A DNA stretch of 64,000 bases from an uncultured Chloroflexia bacterium (GCA_963833225.1 CAWHXD010000008.1:192001-256000), one strand, 5' to 3'. Numbered from the stretch's first letter, positions 21,009-31,939 are shown. The notes: generated from the letters alone by a model not told the origin. Made by a program: numbers and translations.

Positions 21009-22343
21009 CTAGCGGCGCCCCATCAGCTGGCTCACGGCGGCACGGCGGCCGCCGCCCCCCGAGAGCTGCTTCATGAGCTTCTGCATCTCGGCAAACTGCT
21101 TGATCAGCCGGTTGACCTCCGGCAGCGAGGTCCCGGATCCGTTCGCGATCCGTCGCCGGCGCGAGGCATTGAGGATTCCGGGGTCACGACGCTCGCGCGG
21201 CGTCATCGACAGGATGATGGCCTCCACCCGCCTGAGGTCGCCCCGGTCGACGGCGTCCTGCGCCTCCTTGGCCATGCCGCCCATGCCGGGGATCATCCCC
21301 ATCAGCTGGCCCATCGGCCCCATCTTCTGCACCTGGCGCATGGAGCCGAGCATGTCCTCGAGCGTGAACGCGCCCTTGCGGACCTGCTCCTCCAGCTTCT
21401 GCGCCTGCTTCTCGTCAAATGCATCCTGGGCGCGCTCCACGAGCGACAGCACGTCACCCATGCCCAGGATCCGGCCGGCCAGGCGGTCCGGGTAGAACAC
21501 CTCGAGCGCATCGGTCTTCTCACCGGTGCCCAGGAACTTGACCGGGATCCCGGTGACGGCACCGATCGACAACGCGGCGCCACCGCGGGCATCACCGTCC
21601 ACCTTGGTCAGGACGAGGCCCGTCACGGGGACGGCGCCCGCGAACCCCTGGGCCACGGTCACGGCCTCCTGGCCGGTCATCGCGTCCACCACCAGGAGCG
21701 TCTCGACGGGGGTCGTGGCGTCCGCGATCTCGCGGATCTCGGCCATCAGCGCATCGTCGATGGTGAGCCGCCCGGCGGTGTCGACGATCACCGTGTCGCG
21801 GCCGATCCGCTTCGCGTGCTCGATGCCCCCGCGGACGATGTCCAGCGTGGGGGTCCCCACCGACGCCCGATAGACCGCGATGCCGAGGCTCTTGCCCAGC
21901 GTCTCCAGCTGGTCCGCCGCGGCGGGCCGGTACGGATCCGCGGCGACCAGGAGCGGCGCGCGACCCTGCTTGACGATGTGCTTCGCCAGCTTGGCCGCTG
22001 ACGTCGTCTTGCCGGAACCCTGGAGGCCGACGAGCACGATCACGGCGGGGTTGCCGTGAACCCTGAACGTCCGGTCGCCGGCCGAGAGCAGCGCCGTGAG
22101 CTCCTCGTGGACGATCTTCACGACCTGCTGGCCGGCCGTCAGGCTGGCCAGGATCTCCGCCCCGATGGCGCGCTCGCGCACGCGCGCCACGAACTCCTTG
22201 ACGACCTTGAAGTTGACGTCCGCCTCGAGCAGCGCGAGCCGGACCTCGCGCATCGCCGCATCCACGTCCGCCTCGGACACGCGGCCACGACCGGTCAACC
22301 CGGCAAGGGTCTTGCGAAGGCGATCGCTGAGGCTGTCGAACAT
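21009..22343 (-). CDS. ffh: signal recognition particle protein
   Basis: MFDSLSDRL, ALLEADVN, GLQGSGKTT, DTAGR, TKVDGDARGGAALS, RILGMGD, M-domain SMTPRER...RRRRIANGSG. Confidence 0.98.
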   Translation of the reverse strand: MFDSLSDRLRKTLAGLTGRGRVSEADVDAAMREVRLALLEADVNFKVVKEFVARVRERAIGAEILASLTAGQQVVKIVHEELTALLSAGDRTFRVHGNPAVIVLVGLQGSGKTTSAAKLAKHIVKQGRAPLLVAADPYRPAAADQLETLGKSLGIAVYRASVGTPTLDIVRGGIEHAKRIGRDTVIVDTAGRLTIDDALMAEIREIADATTPVETLLVVDAMTGQEAVTVAQGFAGAVPVTGLVLTKVDGDARGGAALSIGAVTGIPVKFLGTGEKTDALEVFYPDRLAGRILGMGDVLSLVERAQDAFDEKQAQKLEEQVRKGAFTLEDMLGSMRQVQKMGPMGQLMGMIPGMGGMAKEAQDAVDRGDLRRVEAIILSMTPRERRDPGILNASRRRRIANGSGTSLPEVNRLIKQFAEMQKLMKQLSGGGGRRAAVSQLMGRR

Positions 22344-22517
22344 GGGTGGACGGCGACCCTGTGACTGTCGGTGGGGCAGGAGGCCGCGCGGCAGACGCCG
22401 GACGGTTGGTGCGCGGGTTCTGGCGACACCGAGGCGTGGGGAGTGTACGCCACGGAGGGCCATTGCGCCCCCCGGACGATCGTCCCCGGGCCAGATCCGG
22501 GCGTGTACCCTCCCGCG

Positions 22518-23837
22518 GTGACCGCGGACCCCCAGCTCGATCCGACACCACCCACGCACGATGCCGTGCCGTCCCGGCGCCTGCGTGCGAACCGGGCGTT
22601 CCTGTCCCTGTGGACCGCCGCGACGGTCTCGGTGTTCGGGTCGTTCGTGACCCGGATCGCCCTCCCGTTCGTCGCCATCGAGACGCTCCGGGCGGGCCCC
22701 ATCGAGGTCTCCATCCTGCGCTCCGTGGAGCTCGTGGCGGCCCTGCTGTTCGGGTTCGTCGCCGGGGCGTGGGTGGACCGGCTGCGGCGACGCCCGGTCA
22801 TGATCTGGGCCGACCTCGGGCGGGCGGTCGTGCTGGGATCCGTCCCGGTCGCCGCGATCGGCGGCTGGTTGTCGCTGCCGCAGGTGTTCGCCGTCGCGGC
22901 CATCGCCGCCGTCCTGACCACGTTCTTCGATGTCGCGGATCGCGCCTACCTGCCCACGATCGTCGACCGGGCAGATCTCGTCCGGGCGAACGGCGCGCTC
23001 ACGGCGACATCGGCGGCGGTGGAGTTCGTGGGGTTCGGCGTCGCGGGCTTCCTGGTCAAGCTGCTGACGGCGCCCATCGCGATCGCGATCGATGCGGTCA
23101 CCTTCGTGGTGTCGGCCGGCCTCCTGGGCACGATCCGCCGGCCGGAGCCGCCCCCGCCGCCGGCCGCCGACCGCGAGCCGATCGCGCGCGAGATCCGGGC
23201 CGGCCTTGCCGTCGTCGCGAGCGACCCGGTGCTGCGCGGCCTGCTGTGGGGAACGATGGGCCTGGCCGCGATGTGGGGCGTGTTCGGGGCCGTCTGGCTG
23301 CTGTTTGCCACGCGGACCCTTGGCCTCGACGCCGGCGTGATCGGGGTCGTGGCCGCGCTCGGTGGGTTTGGATCGCTCATGGGCGCCCTGCTGGCGGAGC
23401 GGACGGCGGGACGCTACGGCCTGGGGCGGCTGGTCGTCGTCTCGCTCCTGTTCGCGGCCCTCGGGAACCTGCTGATCCCGCTGGCCCCCGAGGGAGCGCC
23501 GCTGATCGCGGTCGCGTTCCTGGTAGGTCAGCAGCTGATCGGCGACACGGCCGTCACGATGTTCGACGTGACCGAGGTCTCCGTGCGCCAGGCGCGCGTC
23601 GACGATCGTTCGCTGGGGCGGGTCAACGCGACGGTGCGGGTGATGATGGTCCTCGCCCAGCTCGGCGGCACGGTGGCCGGCGGGCTGATCGCGGAGATCG
23701 CCGGGTTGCGGATCGCGGCGTTCATCGCGCCGGTGTTCGCGCTGGTGGGCGCGGTGGGTCTCTACGCGTCCCCGGTGTGGACGCTGGGCAAGGATGCCCG
23801 CGGTCCACGCGGTGCGGAGGACGCGCCGCGCTCCTAG
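22518..23837 (+). CDS. MFS transporter (H+ antiporter / MefA-like)
   Basis: About 12 hydrophobic segments, GAWVDRLRRRPVMIWADLGR motif A, GRVNAT; GTG start inferred. Confidence 0.88.
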   Translation: MTADPQLDPTPPTHDAVPSRRLRANRAFLSLWTAATVSVFGSFVTRIALPFVAIETLRAGPIEVSILRSVELVAALLFGFVAGAWVDRLRRRPVMIWADLGRAVVLGSVPVAAIGGWLSLPQVFAVAAIAAVLTTFFDVADRAYLPTIVDRADLVRANGALTATSAAVEFVGFGVAGFLVKLLTAPIAIAIDAVTFVVSAGLLGTIRRPEPPPPPAADREPIAREIRAGLAVVASDPVLRGLLWGTMGLAAMWGVFGAVWLLFATRTLGLDAGVIGVVAALGGFGSLMGALLAERTAGRYGLGRLVVVSLLFAALGNLLIPLAPEGAPLIAVAFLVGQQLIGDTAVTMFDVTEVSVRQARVDDRSLGRVNATVRVMMVLAQLGGTVAGGLIAEIAGLRIAAFIAPVFALVGAVGLYASPVWTLGKDARGPRGAEDAPRS

Positions 23838-24925
23838 TCGAACAGGGCGGTGACGAAGCGCTCGGGATCGAACGGGAGCAGGTCGTCGACCTTCTCCCCC
23901 ACCCCGACGAACCGGACCGGGACCCCGACCTCCTTCTCGATCGCGAACACGATGCCGCCCTTGGCCGTCGAGTCGAGCTTGGTGAGGATCACGCCGGTCA
24001 GGCCGACCGCCGCGTGAAATGCCTTGGCCTGGGCGAGCCCGTTCTGGCCGGTGGTGGCATCGAGGACGAAGAAGGTCTCGACCCGCGCGCCCGGGATCCG
24101 CTTGTCGATGACCCGGCGAACCTTCGAGAGCTCCTCCATCAGGTTGGACTTGGTGTGGAGCCGGCCGGCCGTATCGGCGATGAGGATGTCGGCGCGCCGG
24201 GCGATCGCCGCGTCGAGGGCATCGAACACGACGGCCGCCGGGTCGGCATTGGGCGCATGGGCCACGATCTCGCTGCCCGTTCGCTCGGCCCAGATCCGGA
24301 GCTGGTCGATGGCCGCGGCCCGGAACGTGTCCGCTGCCGCGAGCACCACGCGCCGGTTGCCGGCCCGCTCCCGGGCGGCGAGCTTGCCGATGGTCGTCGT
24401 CTTGCCGGTCCCGTTGACGCCCACCACGAGGACGATCGCGGGTGCGCCCTCGGCCGCAGGCCGTGGCTCCCAGTGGGCGGCATCGCGCGGGGCGAGCAGG
24501 GCGACGAGCTCCTCGCGGACGGCCGCCTCGGCGGTCACGTCCCGCCGCTTGCGGGCGCGCTCCACGAGGTCCATCGCCAGCAGGGCGCCGACATCGCCCG
24601 TGATCAGCGTCTCCTCGATCTCGTCCCAGTCGGCATCCCCACCGGCCCCGAAGGCGCTCCGGAGCCGGGCACCGAACCCGACGCGCGACTTCTCGAGCCC
24701 GGACTCGAGCGCTTCCCGCTCCCGCTCGAGGCGTGCGGCGTCGGCCTTCTCCGGGCTGTAGTCGGCTCCCCACGCCCATGCCGGCTCGGAGGGCTCGGGA
24801 GTTGGGGTTGGGGTCGGGGTCGGGGTCGGCTGGGCGGCATCACCCGTGGGCTCGGGAACCGCGTCGGGCGGCGTCTCCCGCGGCTCGTCCTGCGGCCCTG
24901 GGTCGCCACGACGGATGAAGCGCAC
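23834..24925 (-). CDS. ftsY: signal recognition particle receptor FtsY
   Basis: [52 protein letters not shown]; GTG at 24925 with SD GGAGGT. Confidence 0.96.
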   Translation of the reverse strand: MRFIRRGDPGPQDEPRETPPDAVPEPTGDAAQPTPTPTPTPTPEPSEPAWAWGADYSPEKADAARLEREREALESGLEKSRVGFGARLRSAFGAGGDADWDEIEETLITGDVGALLAMDLVERARKRRDVTAEAAVREELVALLAPRDAAHWEPRPAAEGAPAIVLVVGVNGTGKTTTIGKLAARERAGNRRVVLAAADTFRAAAIDQLRIWAERTGSEIVAHAPNADPAAVVFDALDAAIARRADILIADTAGRLHTKSNLMEELSKVRRVIDKRIPGARVETFFVLDATTGQNGLAQAKAFHAAVGLTGVILTKLDSTAKGGIVFAIEKEVGVPVRFVGVGEKVDDLLPFDPERFVTALFD

Positions 24926-24941
24926 GAACCGGACCTCCGCG

Positions 24942-27900
24942 TCAGCCGGCCACGGCGCCACCGGGAACCGCGTGGGTCCCGGGGCGAGCGTGCTCGGCGA
25001 TGGCCGTTGCCTCTTCCAGGCGCAGGCTGATCACGCGGCTCACCGAATCGTCGCCGACGGTGATGCCATAGAGGGCATCTGCCGACTCGATCGTCCCGCG
25101 GTTGTGGGTGATGACGATGAACTGGGTCGCCGCCGCGAGCTCCCGGAGGGCGTCCGTGAACCGGCCCACATTGGCCTCGTCGAGCGCGGCGTCCACCTCG
25201 TCGAGCACGCAGAACGGCGTCGGGCGCACCTCGAGCATGGCAAACAGCAGCGCGACGGCGGTCAGCGTCCGCTCGCCGCCCGAGAGCATGTTCAGCGCCT
25301 GCGGCTTCTTGCCGGGAGGACGGGCCGTGATCTCGATGCCGGTCGCCGCGAGATCGGTGGGGTCGGTCGAGCTGGAGCCTCGCGAACCCACCGCCGAACA
25401 GCTGCTGGAAGCGGCGGTCGAAGGCGACCTCGAGCGCCGCAAACGTCGTCCGGAACTGGGTCGCGATCAGGACGTCCAGGTCGGCGATCAGGGCGCGCGT
25501 CCTGCTGATCGCCTCGCGCAGGTCCTTGTCCTGCGCGTCGAGCGTCTTCGAGGCGTTCGCGGACCGCACGGTACTCGTCGACCGCGAACGGGTTTGCCGC
25601 GCCGAGCTCGTGGAACCGGCGACGGAGCGTGGCGAGCCGTCCGGGTGACGGCATCTCGCCGTCGGGGGCCCCGTCCGCCCAGCGGGGCGCCAGCAGGTCC
25701 AGCGCGGCCTCGAGCGCGCCCGTTTCGCCGGTGCTCTCGGTGTCTGCGTCCGCCTCGGCCGCCTCCTGCGGGCTGAGCTCGACGATCGTCTGGCCCGTAG
25801 CCTCGGCGAGGTGGCGCAACCCGACCTCGCCCAGGCCGGCAAGCTCCACCAGCAGCTGCTCGCGAAGGGAGTCGAGGTTCAGGCGAGCCTCGAGCGAGGC
25901 GACATCCGACGCCCGGGCCTGGTCGTCGGCCGCGCGCAGGCGCTCTCGCGCCGCGGTGGCCGCACGCTCGGACTCCGCGAGCCGGGTCCGCTCGACGCGA
26001 TCGTCCGAGAGGAGCGCCTCGAGCGCGTCGCGTGCCTGGCCCTCGCGAGCAGCGGCGGCAGCGAGCTCGCCGGCGACGACGTCGCGCTCTTCGCCCGCCG
26101 CCCGCTCCCGGTCCGCGAGCGCGGCGAGGTCGCGCTCGACCGAGGCGATCCGGGCCTCCGCGAGCGCAATCGCTGCCTCCGCACGCGCTCTTCGTCCGTC
26201 CACGTCCCGGCGGGCTCGATCGTGCTCCGCGACATCGGCGGCGAGCCGGTCACGGCGGGTCCGGATCTCGCCGACGCGTGACTCCCAGGCGCTGATCCCC
26301 TCCTGCGCGGGCGTCACCGCCTCGCCGGCCGCGGCCTCGGACGGGGGCCGGGTCTCGAGCACCTGGAGTGCCGCGGCGGCCCGGTCGGCCTCGGCCGTCA
26401 GGCGCTCCACCTGGGTGGCGTGCCAGGCGGCCTCGCGGGCCGCCGCCTCCAGGTTCCGGCCGGCCGATCGTTCCATGTCCTCGGCCCGGCGGCGCCGCGA
26501 CACGGCGGCCAATTCGACCGTTCGAGCCGCGTCGAGGGCGGCGCGGGCGTCGGCGGCGGCCGTCGTGGCGGCCGTCGAGCTCGACCTCGGCCGCCCCCGC
26601 CTCATCCGCCAGGGAGACCGCATCGCGCGCGAGCCTGTCAACCTCGGCCCGCCGCTCGAGTGGCGAGTCGCCACGCCCGATCCGGACGGTCAGCGCGTCC
26701 ACGACGGCGCTCCCGTCACGGGTCACGGCGATCCAGCCGAGGGGCAGCGCCGCCTGGATGTCGAGGGCCGCCGCGAGATCCGGCGTCCACACGGCCCGCG
26801 CCAGGAGGGCTCGGACGACACCGGCGGGATCGCGTCGAAGCGCATCGGCAAGCCGCCCGCCGCCCGCCGTCGCCAGGAGGTCCTCGAGGCGCCGGACCTC
26901 GGCGGCCGTGCCGCCACCGGGCACCTTCGCCGCCGCGTCGAGCCGCTCGCGCACCACGAGGTGGCCTCGCTCCCCCGACAGCGCCTCCGTGCCGCTGCGC
27001 TCGACGATGTACGCGCGGGCGAGCTCGCCGAGGGCCGCCTCCACGGCCGGCCGGAGCGACGGCTCGATCCCGAGGTCCTCGTCGACCCGCGTTCCGCCGA
27101 GCTTGCGTGCCGCCCGGGCGATGCCGCGCTCCTCGTCCTCCGCAAGACGGCGCTCGAGCTGTTCGAGTCGCGCACGGGCGCCGGCGATCATCGAGCCGGC
27201 TCTCGCCGCGCGCTCGCCGGCCGCTCGGCGTGTCCCCTCGGCGGCATCCGCGGCGGTCCGAGCCGCCTCGCGCACCTCGACCGCGTGCGCCTCGTCGGCT
27301 GCCGCCGCGGCCAGCGCCGTGCGGGCCTCGGACAGCGTCGAATCGAGCTGCGACCGGCGTGCCTCGGATTCCAGCGGCCTTCGCCCGCTCGTCGGCCGCG
27401 CGGCGGTCCGCCTCGGCGCGCCGCCTGCGCGCCGTCTCCGCCTCGGCGGCGTGAACCGCCTCGGCGCGCCGGGCCGCTGCCAGCTCGTCGCCGCGCGCCC
27501 GGGAGGCGGCCCGCAGCGAGCCGAGCTCCGCCAGCGCCTCGGCCAGGGCGCGGTCCGCGTCGCCGAGCGCCGCCTCGAGCTCCAGGTCCCGCTCCGGGAC
27601 GGGTTCGGCCAGGACGCGCCGCTGGAGTGCAAGCTCGGCCTCCGACGCCGCCCGCTCCCCCGCGATGCGGGCACGATCTCGTCCCGCGGCGGCGATCTCG
27701 CCGGCGGCGCGGGCTTCGCGGAGACCCAGCGCGGTCAGCGTCCGCCCGGGCGGCCTCATGCCTGGCCCGGCCCTCGCGCTCGAGCTCGGCGCGCGCCGCC
27801 ATGGAGGCCGCGATGGCGGCGACGGAGCGTCTCGGCGCTCTCGAGCGCCTCCAGCGCCCGGTCGGTCTCCAGCCGCAGCGCGTCGCGCCTGCGGTCCGCC

Positions 27901-28634
27901 TCGGCAGCTCGTCTGGCTGCCTCGTGCCACCGGCCGTGCGCGGCGGCGATCAGCGACGCCGCCAGCTCCTCACCGGCGGTGAGACGCGTCGCCTGCTGCT
28001 CGGCGAGCTGCCCGAGGCGGCGCGCCTGGGGTCGCAGCTCGGCCAGGATGTCCTCGATCCGGGCGAGGTTCGCCTCCGCCTCGGCCAGCTGGCCCTCCGC
28101 CTTGCGGCGCCGCCGCTCGTGGCGGCGTACGCCGGCGACCTCCTCGAACAGCGGTCGCCGCTCCTCGGGCCGCAGCGCAAGCGCCTGGTCCACCATGCCC
28201 TGCCCGATGAACAGGAACGCGTTCTCGGCGAGGTTCGCGGAATCGAGCAGGTCGGAGGTCGCGGAGCCGCACCCGCTGGCGGTTGAGCAGGTAGTCGTTC
28301 TCGCCCGATCGATAGAGGCGGCGGCCAAGCTCCACCACCGGGTACTCGACCGGCAGCAGCGCATCCCCGTTGTCGATGACCAGGGTGACGTCCGCCATGC
28401 CCGGGCAGCCCGCCGCTCCGAGCCCGCCCAGATGACGTCCTCGCTCTTGCGGATCCGCAGCGATCGGCCCTGCTCGCCCATCGCCCAGCGCAGCGCGTCG
28501 GCGAGGTTCGACTTGCCCGAGCCGTTGGGCCCGACGATGGCGCTGATCCCCGGCCCGAACTCCACGACGGTCCGCTCGGCGAACGACTTGAACCCCTGGA
28601 CGCGAAGGCCAAGGAGCCGGGCGGGTGCGCTCAC
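24942..28634 (-). CDS. smc: chromosome segregation protein SMC (at least 8 apparent frameshifts; sequencing error or pseudogene)
   Basis: N-terminal GFKSFA and [11 protein letters not shown], coiled coils, hinge-like AVEAALG segment, C-terminal LSGGE and [15 protein letters not shown]; segments are spread over all three frames; rnc-smc-ftsY synteny. Confidence 0.9.
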
Positions 28635-29497
28635 GAAGTCGCCGGGCGGGCGGCGCCGCTCGTCGTCGCCCTGCGTCGTCTCCGTCCTCGCCGGCGGCGA
28701 ACCGATGCCTCGAGGGCCGGTTCCACGGCGTCAAGCGACTCCCCGACAGCCTCGGCCGCGAGAGCCTCGGTGGCGGCGTGCCCGCGGGCCTGGCGCGCGG
28801 CGGCTCGTTCCCTGCGCAGCACCTCGAGCGCCCCGGCGGCCGCGGATGTCTCGGCGACCCGCCGGGACGGGCCCTCGCCGGTCCCCAGGACGCGGCCATT
28901 CACGATGACCTCGATCCGGAACTGCTTCTCGTGGTCGGGGCCTACGGCCTCGAGCAGGCGGTACAGCGGCCGCTCCCCCGTCGTCCGCTGGGTGTGCTCC
29001 TGGAGCCGGCTCTTGGGGCTCTTGAGCGTCGTCAGCGCCGTGTCGGCCGACAGCTCATCGGCCGCCCACCCGAGGATCCAGTCGCGGGCGGCATCCCACC
29101 CGAGGTCGAGGTAGATGGCGCCCACGAGCGCCTCGAACGCGGAGGCGAGCAGGGACGGCCTGACGCGTCCGCCGCGCTGCGCCTCGCCCTCGCCGAGGAG
29201 CAGGAACGAGCCCAGGCCAAGGCGGGCGGCCAGCCCGGCGAGCCCCGGGGTGCTGACGATCGCCGCCCGACGCGCGGACAGGACGCCCTCGTCGTCGGCG
29301 GGATGGCGCAGGTAGAGCGCCTCGGACACGGCGAGGCTGACCACCGCGTCACCAAGGAACTCCAGCCGCTCGTTGTGCCCCCGAGCGAGGTCGGGGTGCT
29401 CATGGAGCCAGCTGCTGTGCACGAGCGCCTGCGCAAGCAGGTCGCGATCGCGGATGGGGAGCCCGAGGCGCTCCGTCAGCGCGTCGGCCGGGTGCAT
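28631..29497 (-). CDS. rnc: ribonuclease III
   Basis: HNERLEFLGDAV, FEALVGAIYLD, dsRBD KSRLQE...GPDHEKQF. Confidence 0.97.
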   Translation of the reverse strand: MHPADALTERLGLPIRDRDLLAQALVHSSWLHEHPDLARGHNERLEFLGDAVVSLAVSEALYLRHPADDEGVLSARRAAIVSTPGLAGLAARLGLGSFLLLGEGEAQRGGRVRPSLLASAFEALVGAIYLDLGWDAARDWILGWAADELSADTALTTLKSPKSRLQEHTQRTTGERPLYRLLEAVGPDHEKQFRIEVIVNGRVLGTGEGPSRRVAETSAAAGALEVLRRERAAARQARGHAATEALAAEAVGESLDAVEPALEASVRRRRGRRRRRATTSGAARPATS

Positions 29498-29516
29498 GCC
29501 GCCCCGGGGCTGGCCG

Positions 29517-29753
29517 CTAGGAGCTGCGCTCGTCGATGTATTCGACGGCGTCCTGGACGGTCCGGATCTTCTCGGCGTCCTCGTCGGAAATCTCCGTCCC
29601 GAACTCCTCCTCGAGGCTCATGATGAGCTCGACCAGGTCCAGGGAGTCAGCGTTGAGGTCGTCGACGAAGGAGGCCTCGGGCGTGACCTCGGCCTCGTCC
29701 ACGCCCAGCTGCTCGATGACGATCTTCTGAAGCCGGTCGTACGTGCTGGCCAC
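29517..29753 (-). CDS. acpP: acyl carrier protein
   Basis: IVIEQLGV...[23 protein letters not shown]; GTG start with SD GAGGAG. Confidence 0.97.
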   Translation of the reverse strand: MASTYDRLQKIVIEQLGVDEAEVTPEASFVDDLNADSLDLVELIMSLEEEFGTEISDEDAEKIRTVQDAVEYIDERSS

Positions 29754-29763
29754 AGAGCCCTCC

Positions 29764-30246
29764 TCAGGTCGGGGTCTCCCGACGGGTTCCATTCTGGTCC
29801 CGGGCCACACGCCCGAGCACGCCATTCATGAGCCGTCGCATCGGATCACCCGAATACGTTCGGGCTAGCTCGACCCACTCGGCGATTGCCACCCGGGCCG
29901 GCGTCGCCGGGGAGTGTAGCACCTCGCACAGGGCGCAACGCAGCAGGGAGCGGTCCATGCGAGCGAGCGAAACGACCGGGTACTGGGGCGCGGCGGACGT
30001 GATCTGGATGTCCAGCGATTCGCGGTGGCGGACGACGTTCGCGGTCAGCTCCCGTGCGTAGGCCGCCGTCGCCTCGTCCGCCTCCACCGCCAGGTGGCGC
30101 TCGAGGATCGCGTCCGCGGTGCGCTGGCCGAACTCGGCCTCGAACACGGCGGCGAGCGCCAGGCGACGGGCCGCCCGCCGGCTCCGGGCCCGATCGTCGC
30201 TGACACGATCTCGCCGGTGACGGGTGAGGTCAGACCCCGACGCCAT
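29764..30246 (-). CDS. nusB: transcription antitermination factor NusB
   Basis: RRAARRLAL...[10 protein letters not shown]...[13 protein letters not shown]...MNGVLG; start uncertain. Confidence 0.9.
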   Translation of the reverse strand: MASGSDLTRHRRDRVSDDRARSRRAARRLALAAVFEAEFGQRTADAILERHLAVEADEATAAYARELTANVVRHRESLDIQITSAAPQYPVVSLARMDRSLLRCALCEVLHSPATPARVAIAEWVELARTYSGDPMRRLMNGVLGRVARDQNGTRRETPT

Positions 30247-30541
30247 CAACCACGACGGTGACGGCGCCGAGCTCGAGCGCGAGGAGGCGCACCATGGCAC
30301 CGCCCACCGCCTCGCGGACCTGCGCGGTGAGGGGGACGAGCTGCTGGCGGGGCCGGGCCACGAGGCGGACCGTGACATGGACCAGGCCCTCGCGGATGCG
30401 GATCCGGACCGGCGCGCCGCCGATCGCGTCACGCCAGCGGGGGCCGCCGCGGCCGACGCGCAGCACGCCGGGCACCTCCAGGGCGGCCAGGCGCACGGTC
30501 TCCCGGATCACTCCGGGTCCGACGATCAAGGATGACGTCAC
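30230..30541 (-). CDS. Asp23/Gls24 family envelope stress protein
   Basis: VIRETVRLAALEVPGV...QVREAV...VTVVVDGV; asp23-nusB pairing as in yqhY-nusB. Confidence 0.75.
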   Translation of the reverse strand: MTSSLIVGPGVIRETVRLAALEVPGVLRVGRGGPRWRDAIGGAPVRIRIREGLVHVTVRLVARPRQQLVPLTAQVREAVGGAMVRLLALELGAVTVVVDGVGV

Positions 30542-31599
30542 GGATCCACCTCCCCGGGCCCGGTCGTGGACCCGTTCCCGAGCGCGTCCGCGATCAGCTC
30601 GGGCACCCGCTCGCGCGCCGTGGTGGCGCCGACGCGGACCGCGTGTTCGATCATGCGCCGTCTGGCCCGGCCGTGCGTGATGATCACCGCGCCCTTGACC
30701 CCGAGCAGCGGGGACCCACCCACGACCTCGTAGTCAAAGGTGGCCCGGATCCGGACGACCCCGGGCCGCAGGAGCAGGTACGCCAGCCGACCGCGCAGGC
30801 CGCGTCGGAACTCCGTCCGCAGGTTGTCGAAGATGAACCCCGACAGGCCCTCGAAGAACTTGATGACGACATTGCCCAGCATCGCGTCGCACACGACGAC
30901 GTCCGCCATGTCGGCGGTCAGGTCCTTGCCCTCGACGTTGCCGATGAAGTTGAGGTCGGTGGCATCGATCAGCTCGGTCGCCCGCTGGACACGGACATCT
31001 CCCTTGCCCTTCTCCTCGCCCAGCGAGAGCAGCGCGACGCGGGGCTGCCGCACCCCCACCACACGCTCGGAGAAGATCGCGCCCATGCGCGCGTACTGGG
31101 CAAGGTTCTCGGGCGTGGAATCCGGGTTGGCGCCGATGTCGAGCAGCAGCAGCGGCGGGTCTCCGCCCGGGACCTGGACGGCGAGCGCCGGTCGATCGAT
31201 CCCCGGCAGCGAGCCCAGGATCAGCACGCCGGCCGCCATGCCGGCACCCGTATGGCCGGCGGTCACGACGGCGTCGGCGTGGCCATCACGGACCAGCTCG
31301 GTGGCGACGACGATCGAGCTGCGCTTCTTGCGCACCAGCGCTCGGGCCGGATGCTCGTCCATCCCGATGAGCTCCGGGGCGTGGACCGTGCGCACGTTGG
31401 CCGGACGGTCCCGGAGCAGCGGGGCCATGAGGCGCTCATCGCCGACCAGGATCAGCTCGTCCTGCGGGTTGGACCGCGCGTATGCGAGCGTCCCGGGCAC
31501 GATCTCGGGGGCGCCATGATCACCGCCGATGGCATCGACGGCGACGCGGACGCCGGGTCGGGCCGGCGTGGCCGTGACGGGATCCGCCAACGCGGTCAC
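30538..31599 (-). CDS. plsX: phosphate acyltransferase
   Basis: VAVDAIGGDHGAP, AGHTGA, GIDRPAL, LDIGAN, GEEKGKG, FIGNVEG, LLGVKGAVIITHG. Confidence 0.96.
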   Translation of the reverse strand: MTALADPVTATPARPGVRVAVDAIGGDHGAPEIVPGTLAYARSNPQDELILVGDERLMAPLLRDRPANVRTVHAPELIGMDEHPARALVRKKRSSIVVATELVRDGHADAVVTAGHTGAGMAAGVLILGSLPGIDRPALAVQVPGGDPPLLLLDIGANPDSTPENLAQYARMGAIFSERVVGVRQPRVALLSLGEEKGKGDVRVQRATELIDATDLNFIGNVEGKDLTADMADVVVCDAMLGNVVIKFFEGLSGFIFDNLRTEFRRGLRGRLAYLLLRPGVVRIRATFDYEVVGGSPLLGVKGAVIITHGRARRRMIEHAVRVGATTARERVPELIADALGNGSTTGPGEVDP

Positions 31600-31608
31600 G
31601 GGCCGTGG

Positions 31609-31818
31609 TTACGGGGTCTCGTCGCCCGCGGTGCCGCCGGCCGGCTTGAGCTCGATCGCCTGGCGGCCGTTGTACCAGCCACAGGCGGGGCAGACCCGGT
31701 GCGGCAGCTTCTGCTCGTGGCAGTGCGTGCACTCGACGAGCGTCGGCAGGGTGAGGGCGAGGTGGCTCCGGCGCTCCATCTGCCGCGCGTGAGCGACCTT
31801 TCGCTTCGGCACACCCAT
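31609..31818 (-). CDS. rpmF: 50S ribosomal protein L32 (Zn-binding type)
   Basis: MGVPKRK...CTHC...PHRVCPACGWYNGR. Confidence 0.97.
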   Translation of the reverse strand: MGVPKRKVAHARQMERRSHLALTLPTLVECTHCHEQKLPHRVCPACGWYNGRQAIELKPAGGTAGDETP

Positions 31819-31939
31819 GTCGGTCCTGGCTCCTTTTCCGAGTGATGGCGCGGGCGGGCCCGCGTGACAGTCTGCGTGAGGGGCTCACCACGCCGGGCGC
31901 GCGTACGCGATCCACGGGTCGTGGGGCCGAACGCGGAGT

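Noticed and set aside
21009-24779. Apparent 1256-aa Ffh fusion
   Set aside because: The upstream part is an off-frame read of ftsY and antisense of the MFS gene; Ffh begins at MFDSLSDRL (22343).
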